Below, one piece after another: positions 52,961-64,000 of a DNA stretch of 64,000 bases. The DNA lies in assembly GCA_013265495.1 (NCBI GenBank), contig MU061579.1, positions 5,145,146-5,209,145 on the forward strand, given 5' to 3'. Origin of the DNA: Vicugna vicugna (taxonomy: Eukaryota). Every line of letters begins with the position of its first letter. The stretch's first letter is position 1. The notes under the pieces were generated by a model, which did no database searches, had not been told where the DNA came from, and saw nothing but the letters and a program-made list of their open reading frames with translations. A program made the translations under genes and the position numbers.

Positions 52961-53979
52961 CACTGCCTATGCTTTAATCTGAAAATGGTGACAGGCAGTT
53001 TTAGAATAGAAATTTTTAATTTATGTGTTAATTATCAGGTTGCAACAGAGTAGTAATATTAATAGTAAAAATTCTTCTTCCTCAGTCAGAATGTTTGTAA
53101 TCAAGAAATTAACAATGTTGATGCTACCTTAAAAAAAATCATGAGTGATAAACCCTCAGTGAGAAAAGTATTACTAAAATAAGATAAAAAATTCAGAGCA
53201 TACAGATCCATGTTTTGTTGTGTGAAGTGCTTTGTAGAGCTCAACATCAGAATTTTAATCCATATGCTTCACACTGTTCGTGCCAAATCCAGCTTCTAAG
53301 TAATTGATGAGCAAATGCTTTTATCAAATTAGATTTATAGGATGTAAACGAAAAATAATTCATTAATGTTAAAGACTTTGTAAAACCTTCTTTCCTTGTA
53401 TTGTGATTTTAAATAGATCGGGTAATTATTTTAAGACAGTATCTTGTCAAGAGTTTTTAAAAGGACTACACTTTTCATTTTCGGTATCTCAGAACGGAAT
53501 AATTGAAATGTTTATGTTGGAAAAGACTTCAACTTAATCTTATAGTTTCATCTATTCACATATCTAGCAAGCACCTAGACTGAAAAAAAAAAAAAAGACT
53601 CCTCTTTTACATCATTAAAACATCCTTAACATTTCACCCAGGAAAAATGGCATTTAAAATACTAGATTATTTTTGAAAAAAAAGTTTCTCAATTCCTATA
53701 AATAAACAATGTACCAAAAATACAACTTTCTCAAATCGTCATAGGCATAAGCAGAATTCCAGGGCTTATCTGCCTTTATCTTACACATCCTGAGTTAATC
53801 TGATAGCCTGTCTAGACACATGGGTGACACCATGTATCCTGTAGTGTATCCATGACAGACATGGTTGTCTTATCAGTTGTCCTAATAAATGACAGTGCCC
53901 AATCCATTTAATTTTTAGATGCCACTCTATTTTAAAGTCAACATGGTTATTAAATGATTGTTTTACCTTTATTAAAATA

Positions 53980-54110
53980 CTCATTCATTTATTTATTCAT
54001 TCAACAAATATTTTAAGTATTTACTATGAGTTAGCATTTTAATAGGAGCTGAGGCTGTAGCTTTGAACAAACATAAAATTCTCAACCTCATGGAATTTAT
54101 AATTTGGTGA
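53980..54110 (-). mobile_element. L2 3' end
   Basis: tcattcatttatttattcattcaacaaatatttt...ttctcaacctcatggaatttataatttgg. Confidence 0.75.
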
Positions 54111-54959
54111 ATATGTAGCAGATTGAAAATAATAAAACTTTTTTTTTAACCAAGTTGTTTAGTTGTTTAATTAACATATCATTTGGGCTTTGGTATTTCG
54201 GGGTAGAAATGTACAAACATTGACTTTGTAATCTCAAAAGAATGACTATTCCAATGTGCTGCTTTTAACCATATGATTATCTTTCCCTTAATATATGTGT
54301 GCCATTTAAATTTAAAATTGTGCTACACTTTTCTGAGGATCAGCTATCCTGGATATTTTATTTGCCATACACTCAATTTTGGGCCAAGTTCTACTCACTT
54401 TAGATAGCATTATCTCTACCTTTACTTCCTCAGTCTACGTCAGGAATCTATTCTGTTTCTACCACTACTCTTCAGTTATTTAGTTTGCCCCAACCACTTA
54501 GTCCTAAAATCAGCAGGTACTTTATGTTCCCTTGGACATGCCATAGACTGAATGAAATTTCATTAATTTCATCTTTAAACATAAACATTACTCCAACAAC
54601 ACTTTGCACCTAGAAGGAAATATTATCCAAACAGAGATTAGTCTACAAAGTTCCTGAGTTCAGAAACACAGGGAGTTAGAGAGGCAAAGTGAAGAGACAC
54701 TGTTTTTACCTTCAGATTGTTGTAAACTCAGGCTCTCCCCGCAAGATACCCTACTTCTCACTTGCCCACTGGTGTCAGAATACCTCCCCTCATTCCTCAG
54801 CCCTGACAGAAAGAGCCAAAGAAGTTGAGGAATTTAGACCACTTTCTCACCATGTCCCCAATGGTTTCCCTGGGAAAGGTATGCACAGCTACTTATATAG
54901 AGAAATCCATAGTTTTCAGATAGACACAGTCGGGTTTACTTCTAAGAATACTAACACTC

Positions 54960-55175
54960 TCAGCTAATGTGTAGGGGCATGTGCTAGGTATCTAGCATTT
55001 CACATGCATTTTTCACATGTAATTTTCCAGCAATAAGACCATGAGATAGATAATGTTCAATTTTACAAACGAGGAAACAGAGGTGTAGGCAGAAAAACAG
55101 CTCACCTTGGATCACAGTCAGTATTTGAAAACAAGATTTACTTTTAATCCAATAAACTTTGCTATTAATCACTAC
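54960..55175 (-). mobile_element. MIR SINE
   Basis: catgtgctaggta...ccatgagatagata...caattttacaaacgaggaaacagagg...ccttggatcacag. Confidence 0.8.
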
Positions 55176-55639
55176 AATTATGACACATATAACCAGTTGT
55201 CATTTACCAGCCTATCAGGAAGTTCATATTTATTCTAAAACCACAGAAAACTTCTTGTTGGCAGATAATTTTACGAGGATTTAAAAAACTCCCAAAATTA
55301 TTTTGTCCTTATACTTGTTATCTTATAATTGTTGTCTACCTCTGGATAGCAAGCACTACAGGGAAGTTACAACTTTAATTGGTGAGATATTGATATAGAT
55401 ATAAACACATTTCACTAATTATATGTTTTTAGATCTTATATTAGTGAAACTAGTGAAATATATAAAATGTAAATAAATATTTTTTGTTTATTTGTATTAA
55501 ATTTTTTCTTTCTTCTCTCTTTCCCTTATTTCCTTGTTCAATTGTTTCTTTCTTGAAATCCATCTGGTGCAACAAACTTGAGCAGAGTTTAAATGATTTT
55601 TAAAATACGTAACAAAAGCTTTGAAAGTAGAAAAATTCA

Positions 55640-56015
55640 TTAAAAAGAAAACACTAAATAGAAAAATTGAGTGGGAAAGTGTCCAAATTTGAGTCAAGTA
55701 AGTGACTCAGCCAAGATGCCTGGAAGATTTTCTCTAAGATGTGAACTTTTCAACTACATTTTGGAAGGAGCAAAATACATGGCTTATTACACAGAATGAA
55801 GAGGGTGCTGAGGGAAGGCTGAGATGACAATGCAGAGATGGGGACTGGTCTTTGTAATGGGGGTAGGTCACTGAGCTGGGGAAGGACAATCAAAGTCTGA
55901 GCATCAGAGAGCATGGAGTGTGGAAGGAGGGTTATGATCAATGAGTAAACGTGGCTGAGATAGGATTTTTAAAGATAGGAACCATTTTGAGAATCTGTTT
56001 TAGTAATGGCATACA
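55640..56015 (-). mobile_element. Decayed L2 fragment
   Basis: cctggaagattttctctaagatgtgaact...ggctgagataggatttt...ggaaccattttgagaatctgtttt. Confidence 0.45.
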
Positions 56016-57719
56016 AAAACAATGATGAGAATAGGAAGATTTCAACTTTGCTTAGAGTTTTAAGACTTTTTGTTGACCTTTTCATCACCTATGTAATCTT
56101 GTCACCGTGGTCTGTTTGGAGAACTTGAGTTAAACTTTTTGCATTTCTTAAGTAACCAGTGAACACAGAAAGAAGTTTAAAGCTCTGGTAAATGAAAGAT
56201 CATCAAAAATTAATGTCACTTGGCCAAAGGACACAACTTCAAAGATGAACACTGAAAAACCATGAACAAAATGGTATGAAAAGCTTAAACTCGGTGTATT
56301 AAATGAACATATTAGTACTTGTTTACAGATGGGAAAGATATTTAAATATTTACTAAATGTTGTTTGCATAAGCAACAGAAATCCTGCTGTAGTTTTAGTC
56401 TAACAGATCTTAGCTGAATTCTAAATTATGAGCAATTTCCAAAATGAAAAACACACAAAATTAATATTCATTTAAATTAGAGCATGCTTTAATAATTTAT
56501 TAATGAAATCTAAATAAGCAATTGAAATTATTTTTTCATTATGAAATGACATCTTACATTGTAAATGAGAAAAAAAAGGTCTATATTCTAGGATATTAAA
56601 TTGAGGAAAAAATATTTGAACCCTTTTCCTAATATTTAACATTAAGGAATTCATGGCAATATGATACTTCTCATGATAACTCCTTATAAAAATATAATTA
56701 TAATCATTTTTTGGTCTTTTAACCTATAAAAGAAATATTTCTCATAATTAATTGTGAGCAAAACTATGACAAGGGCACCATTTCAAATTTTCATTTACTT
56801 TCAAATATTTCCAACCTATCATATATAGAAATATTCAAGCTTAATTAATGACAAGAATTATTCCCCAAACTTGAAAGGATACTTTAGGTCAAGATCCCAT
56901 TATAAATAGAAGATATTTCTTATATATAGCACATCTTTCATTTCAAAGGACATGCTAAATGTAATAAAGAGTACAAGAATATTGATCAATGTATGACATT
57001 AAACTTCTGTAGTAAATATATTTTAATAGTTTTAAATATACAGTATTCCAAGCAACACCTAAACTTACAAATTACACAAAAATGATTTACATGAAATATG
57101 CATACAGGAACACATTTTTACTATGTGACAGCCTTTCCAGTTGACATTTCAAATCTTTTAGCAGAAAATAAAAATAGAAATTAAATTACCAATTAAGTTG
57201 CCTATTCTTCAACTTTAATCATGTCATGTTATTTTCCATTAGTCTACTTAAGCTTTTTTTCATTGGTAGATTAAAATAACTCATTCAAAGCTAATGTTTT
57301 GTCTACTTTTATAGAGTCTGTAATGTCACTTGTCATTTCCTGTATGCCTAGCATAATAGGTATAATCCATTAATATTCTCAGATAAGCCACACAATAAGC
57401 CAGAATTTTGTAAATAATCTAAAGAAATCTTACAAATAAGTAGTATGAGCAGGAAAAAGTCATGCTTATTAATTATGGGATTTTCATTATGTATTTATTC
57501 TATTATATATAAGAAAATCAGAAAATTATTAACATTTGATGAATGTCATTATGTCCATGTCCCACAATTTCTCATTATTTAGTCTGAGTTTTGACTGTAT
57601 TAATTATATATGAAATCATACTCTTTTGGGGAATAGACAGTGCAAAGGTCATTGAATTGAAAGTCTGTGAAACTTTTTCTCCTATCGATCAAGGTAGAAC
57701 ACTGATGGCTGGTAGATGC

Positions 57720-58545
57720 ACTTTATACATGGTACTACTGGAAGCATTGGGCAGTGATCCCAGAGAAATGGGCAACAAGCAAGTTGAGGTCTTCAGTTGC
57801 CTCAATTTACTATCTGGAGAGATTCTGCGGGGCACAGGACAGAGATCTATCTCAAAGAGATCCTGGCAGTCTCCAGGAATTGAAGAGACCAAGTGGAAGA
57901 TTCAGGTTGGCCAAGCTGCTAGAATTTTCAGAACAGACAATCAGAGGGGATAGCACTGTACTAAGAGGAGAGAGATACAGACAGATAATGCTAAGAAGAG
58001 CTACAGAAGGTACTATGGAAGTCTTCAGCTAAGAACTGATCAGCATCAACATGTGAGGAGGAGACTATAAGGCTAGAAAATGACCCACCAAAAAAAAAAC
58101 CAAAACACATAAAAGAATCACCAGTGCTCACAGAAAGCTCAAAATGGATGTGTTCTAACCAGCAGTTTGTGGAAAAATCTCAATACATGAAGTACTGGAA
58201 GGATTATTCAAAAAGGTATTGCCTCCATCGTAAGGCAAAATTTTCTCTAGATTGAAGGCCGCTCTGCTCTTGCCAGTTAGGTAGATAGATTAGATAGATA
58301 GATAGACAGACAGACAGCAAGATAGCCTGAAAAGTATGAAACTGTTCTAAGTAATTTAACTGCATCCAAGAACAAAGTACAGAAATATTTAAGGGAATAC
58401 AAAAATATTCAGCAACCAATAAAGTAAATAACAATTTCTGAAAACCAACCAAAACTTCTAGGCATTTAGAGAAGCAGGAAAATATGAACTATAATGGGAA
58501 AAAAAATCAATCAATATAAGAGAACTGGACACAGATGATGACTTT
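57720..58545 (+). mobile_element. Old L1 (L1MC/MD-like) 5' region fragment containing (GATA)n(GACA)n at 58281-58317
   Basis: gtcttcagctaagaactgatcagcat...aggtattgcctc...aagtaatttaactgcatccaagaacaaag...gaagcaggaaaatatgaactataatggg. Confidence 0.75.
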
Positions 58546-59519
58546 TTCAAACTGTCCTGAACTAAAAATATTAAAGATAAGTAGTGTTGGCTTTAATGAG
58601 AATCTGACTATTATAACGAATCCCTTGCTCTAGTTTAAAAAAATAAATACTTATTTTTCATATTGCAGCCTAGATATCATAGGTCCCCTTCGTCCCTTGA
58701 AGAAACTTTATTCCTTGCTTCTGTGGAATTCTAAATCATCCCTCTCCTGAGATTTCTTCAAGTAACCAAAAGTTAATTTTCTCCTGTCTTTCTCTTTCTC
58801 CAAGTTTGACTACGCTGTACAGTAAGTGGATCAGATATTCAAAATTCATCCCTTTGAAAGACTGACAAATGCCATCCTTAACCCAAGAATTTCAGAAATT
58901 TTGCAAAAATTTTGAAGGTTTATAAAGTAACCAAGGGGCATGCTGGAAGACTCTGTGGCCTTCTGATACCTCCAAAGTCCCGTTTCTGCTTTTCTCCACC
59001 TACTACCTTCTTTACTCCATCCCTTTCAGAATGACTTTGTTAGCTCCAAATTCTATGTCAGATTTATGCACATTTTACCCCAAATACAAGCCCATACTCA
59101 TCAAAAAAATTCATCAAAATGATAATAATATGGGATCTTTGCAGTATGGATATAATCATATGTCTCTCCAGTGTCCTCATAGCAGTAATACCTAAAAATA
59201 CCCCAAAACACTAATGATTTTAGTCTAGTTATAATCTTTCACTTTTTAAGATGATTTTATATAAATATTCCATTATATATACATTTATTCTGATTTTACA
59301 TTTGATCTTTTAAAAATGATCCTTTATTATTAAATGAATTTGGGGATATTAATTGTATGGGCTTCAGAATACTTCATCAGGCATTTTGGAACAAGATATT
59401 AAATCATATATATTTGGAATCATATTTCAGGAGCTGTGTCCTCAAATATGGAAGCATTTTTCATGGACGTGTTTGAGTTATCTTCCAAGAAAAACTGTCC
59501 TCATAAAATAATCAACACA

Positions 59520-59695
59520 ACTGCAATTGTGATCAGCCAGGCACCGTCCTATTCTCTTATTTCATTATCTAATTTAATATTTACAATGCTATTGTGGGTG
59601 TCCGTATTCTATTCATTTCATGCATGATGGACCTGAGGATCATAGCTATTAAGCAAAATGCCCAAGACAGAATCAGTTTCAAATCTTTCTTCCTG
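59520..59695 (-). mobile_element. MIR fragment
   Basis: gccaggcaccgtcct...cattatctaatttaat...tgatggacctgagg...tgcccaagacag. Confidence 0.6.
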
Positions 59696-61034
59696 ACATA
59701 AAATCTCACAATAATGTTGTGTTTATATTCTTCCCCAACATGGTGTGACTGATGTGTATGTATGCATTTTAGGTGTTTGTTAATTTTATCTTTATCTTAG
59801 GAACATTCAATTTACCTAATCAGTTATACAGACTTCAAGGAAGGTGAGTATTTATTCAAATGTCCACAATTTGACAGAACTACTATCAGTCTAATCTTTA
59901 CCTTGGATCATCACCAGCAGTCTTAACAAGGTGGTAACTAAGCCTGATGATATTATAGACATTGGATATCTTTGGAGAAATAAGTAGCTTACTTAATTAG
60001 TAAAATAAATGTGAAGAATGTGTTTCTTTGGTAAATATAATAGGTGTTCAGAAGCTGTGAACTGACTGGAAATATTTTAAGAATGCATTGTTATTGTACA
60101 TGAAAAAAGTGGGTGTAGGTCAGTTGGTGAAAATTCTTCTGTTAATCATATGGCATACTGCTTCAATGTGGAACTTAGTTAAAAATTATTTTAGTTTATT
60201 TTGATGTGCCATTTTTCATACAAATTTCTGGAAAGAAATTACAGATCAATTTTTTAAATTTTCAGGAATTTACCACAAAGAATCTCTTTCTCCAGTTCCA
60301 TTAATTATTCATGTGGCTGATTTTATTATGGTATTTTTGGGGGGTGCAACCCGGAGGCTCTCCAACAGACTGAACACATCTCAGTATGTACAATAAATGA
60401 TTCCTAGGTTCTACTCTTAGCGCTGTACTAACAACTTAAGAATTAAACATAGTCTGTTGAGTTGTATGTCATATATGTTCATGGATGTTGGGTCACATGT
60501 TATCACATGGAAATCTGAAAATATTCTTATGCACACTTAGTAATATCTTCCATTTGAAAAAAATGTAAAATATTATAAATTATTTCAAATCTCTAATCCT
60601 TCTTAAAGCTAAATATCTTATGTAATTTTAATGATTCATTTTCATCTTCTATTCAAATTTGCAAAGGCAAAGCATATTTTCCCCATAGCATAATTTCATT
60701 ATTCTAACTGAATGATTTAGCTATATTTCTTTATCCTTAGAATAAATAAAATTCTTTTTGAAATTTAAAAAAATACTTTTAAAACAGTTTGCCTTTTATA
60801 ATATTTTTCTTCTGTAAGTTTTTGTTATTCATGAGTAAGATTCATTGTTCACATTGAAATCTATTCTCTCATTTCAAACACTTGTGTTTTCCTTAATTAA
60901 GGGAAAACTTCAGATGTTTATTCACATAATTAAGTGTTTTTTATTGTGTCTACTGAACATTTGGCATAATATTTTGTATAGCATAACACTTTTATCATAG
61001 TATTCTTTCCTCTGTTCTTTGGTTTCTCTCAAAA

Positions 61035-61220
61035 AATATATATGTGCACTCACATTCACACACACATATATACACACATAAAAACACATATATATGTATA
61101 TATATATATACACACATTATTTTATAGCCATCATACTGGCAAATATTTATATTATATATAAACATATAATAATAGAATATATAATGTAAATTTGTGTGCA
61201 TATACACACACACACACACT
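61035..61220. repeat. (TA)n/(CA)n low-complexity tract
   Basis: Visible directly in the sequence. Confidence 0.85.
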
Positions 61221-61916
61221 CTAATTAGATACTGATTATGTCCAACTCTCAGACATAAAGACTAACTTCTATGTCGATAGCATGCACTGATTTTTGTGGT
61301 CCAAAAACAGTATTCTACTCACATCACATAGTCCTCTGTCAAGCTTAAACAATGGTATACTCAAAAATCTAAGTTTCCTGGAATGACTTGCTATGAGAGC
61401 TTTGTTTTAGAGCTAGGATTTGTTGTTTGCTTGCTCCTCTTTTTTTTTCTTTATTTATTTATCTATCTTTTTGATTGGCATTTGCTACTTTACATTCTGG
61501 AGAACACCACTGCCTTAAGATATAATGTGTTCCTACCAAGACCAATTACAATGTAACAATCTGGCACTTTTTTTTTCTTTAATTTGCTGTCTTTTAAATT
61601 ACAAATTAGAATTACTTTGTAAATTGGGAATACATTTTGATTGAAATGAAAATAACACTGACCATGTTACTTAGTGACTTGTTTTTTATAGACCCCAAAT
61701 CTTTAAACTCAGGTTGGTGACCATGGGATACAGAGTAGCACTAAGTATTAGAATATCTTGCTTTCTCTCTGTGCAGCAGTACTCCTCTGTTTCCTGAAAA
61801 AGCTACTAAGTATTTTTTCCTGTCTTAATTTAGGTAGTTATTATTTTGTTTGGTATACATTTCTTAACATTCTAACCAAAGGAGTTTTTTTCTCTTTTCT
61901 TTTATTCAGTATGTGT

Positions 61917-62518
61917 TTGTATTCGTCTACTATTGCTTCTGTAAGAAAATAACCACAAATTTAGCATTTTAAAATAACTATCTATAATTTCATAATTCTG
62001 AAGATTAGAAGTTTGGTGGGCTTGACGTCTCTGTTCTCAAGGCTGAAATCAAAGAGGTGATGGTCCTGGACTGACAGTTGAAGGCTCCAGTGGAGAATTC
62101 ATTGCCAGTCTTACTTTATTGTTGGCAGAATTCAGTTTCGTGAACTTTTAGGACTGAGATCCTCATTTCCTTGCTGACTTGTCAGCTGGGAGCCTCTCAG
62201 CTTCTTCAGACCACCTGCATTTCTTTTCAGTTGGCCTCTTCCATCTTTAAACAAGCCACAGGGCATTGAGTCAGTCCCACATTTTGATAGTTATTTCTTC
62301 TCCCTCTGCCTCATCTATTCTACCTCCAGCTGGAGAATATTATCTGTTTTAAGGTCTCCTGTGATTAGACTGGGCCCACCTAGATAGTTCAGGTTACTCT
62401 CTCTACTTGAGGTCTGTATCATTAATGATGACTGGAAAGTTAGTTTTGCCAAGTAAGAAAACACACTTACAGTTTCCAGGGATTAAGTTGTGAATGCCTT
62501 TGTGTACTGATTACCATA
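61917..62518 (-). mobile_element. MLT1 (MLT1D/E-like) MaLR solo LTR
   Basis: attgcttctgtaagaaaataaccacaaatttagc...aaggctgaaatcaa...ttgttggcagaattcagtt...ggactgagatc...tgattagactgggcccacctagata. Confidence 0.85.
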
Positions 62519-62869
62519 GTACTTTATAGAAAGTTGAAAAGGCAGTGATCAAATTACGGGCCAACCATTCTCAGGTTTACATGCAATATTAGATGTTTAT
62601 ATCCAAACAATTTTAATTATCATATAATAGTACTAAAGTTGAGCCACCATTATAAAAGATTATGTTACAAGATTGCAATGTTTTCAAATGTATACCTTTC
62701 TTTAAAAAAAAATAGAATCAACTAGACTAGAAGTTGTTTCAAACAATACAAACTAGTAATTCAAATTTATACCTAGGAGTGAGCAAACAACAAACTTTTT
62801 TTTTTTAAATAAATCTGTCAATTCTGTCAATCTCATGGATATAAGGACAATTTGCTTTTGAACTGCTTT

Positions 62870-63760
62870 TTAAAGTTAGCAGGAAAATAAGAAAAAAACA
62901 AAACTTTTACAATGATAAATTGAAGTCTGAACTTAAATACTTAATTATTTAAAAGCTGATGTCAGTATTTTAATAGTAATAAATATCACCATTAGATAAA
63001 AATGAGATGAAAACTGTCTGACCTACTTGAAAAGCACTAAGCACATCCCTAGATAACCCTTCAAAATTTTTTAAAAGATAGATTAAGTAGAAATATTAGA
63101 AAATATTATAGTACAAATGACAGATAAGTGATGGATGATTATAATATAAAAATGGCATTTACAAATCATGAAGAAATACTTAAATTTATCTCATGGAAAA
63201 TACACATACAAACACGAAAAGACAGGTCCCAGAGCAGAGTTCAAAATGAACAAAATAACATATAAGAAAATGGAAAGAATTTTGGGTAATCAGAGAAACA
63301 GAAATTAAAATAAAACTGGGGTATCATTTTATACTTATCAGACTGGCAAGCATGAAACAGACAATATTTCTATCAGAGATCTGAATGAAATGTTTGTGTT
63401 TACATATCATGTCAGAGACATGAATCATTACATAATTTTTGAAAAGTGATTTTACAGTATCTATTACAATTAGATGTAACAGTATACATCGTATCATAAA
63501 CCATAAAATCAATCCCATGATACCTACATTTACATATATGTGAATACTTGTATTTATTGTAGCCTCTTTATAATAGAAAAAAGTAAGTACAGTGAATAAT
63601 TGTTGATTAAAAGTCATTTTAAAAACAATGGGACATATAAAGCGGTAGATGTTATGCAGCCACTAAAAATAATTGATTAGAGGATTATACTAATTGATAT
63701 GGTGATGCTTCTGTGAAGCTAAAAACTAAGAATTAGAAGTTACAGAGAAGTAGATGTAAA
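62870..63760 (+). mobile_element. Old L1 (L1ME-like) ORF2 end + 3' UTR
   Basis: ggtaatcagagaaacagaaattaaaataaaac...tatcattttatacttatcagactggcaa...tgtatttattgtagcc...ttatgcagccactaaaaat. Confidence 0.7.
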
Positions 63761-64000
63761 CATCTGTTTCCTCTCTGCAGCTGTTCAGTACTTGAGAGGA
63801 GCACAGACAGCAGTTGAAGACGGCTGTGCCAAGAGCTGACTTCTGTAAGTTCATGACTTGCTTTGCATAGTAGGGTAAGACAAAGACCAGAAATATAACA
63901 TTAATAGATAGTTCTTATGGGGGTAGGATAAAAACTGGACCAACGTTTCATATAAACATTTAGAAAACGAGAGCAGGTCGAAATAGCACTATTTTGCTTA

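Noticed and set aside
55410..55449. Hairpin tttcactaat...attagtgaaa as a possible miRNA or MITE
   Set aside because: The arms are only 10 bp in AT-rich DNA, too short to distinguish from chance.
1..64000. CRISPR array, operons or prokaryotic defence systems
   Set aside because: The sequence is mammalian, with no regularly spaced repeats and no dense coding content.

Overview
AT-rich, CpG-poor mammalian genomic DNA, intergenic or deep-intronic in character. It is most likely camelid: there is a Vic-1-like tRNA-derived SINE at 12141-12281 and artiodactyl-type L1 3' ends, and I saw no Alu, Bov-tA/BovB, PRE-1 or Can-SINE. Much of the window is decayed interspersed repeat: young and old L1, L2, MIR, MLT1 (MaLR) LTRs, MER3/MER5/MER33 and a Tigger-type MITE. 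I recognise no protein-coding gene; the supplied ORFs are L1 debris, microsatellite read-through or chance. The clearest non-TE feature is a full-length retroposed 7SK snRNA pseudogene (25529-25858, minus strand). Worth follow-up are a candidate L1 3' transduction (~52350-52500), a promoter-like patch with a two-exon minus-strand small ORF (27601-28250), a chain of plus-strand exon-like segments (45.6-63.8 kb) and a ~65 bp direct repeat 3.5 kb apart. Repeat subfamily names come from recalled consensus motifs, and boundaries are approximate. I found no convincing evidence of a novel biological system.
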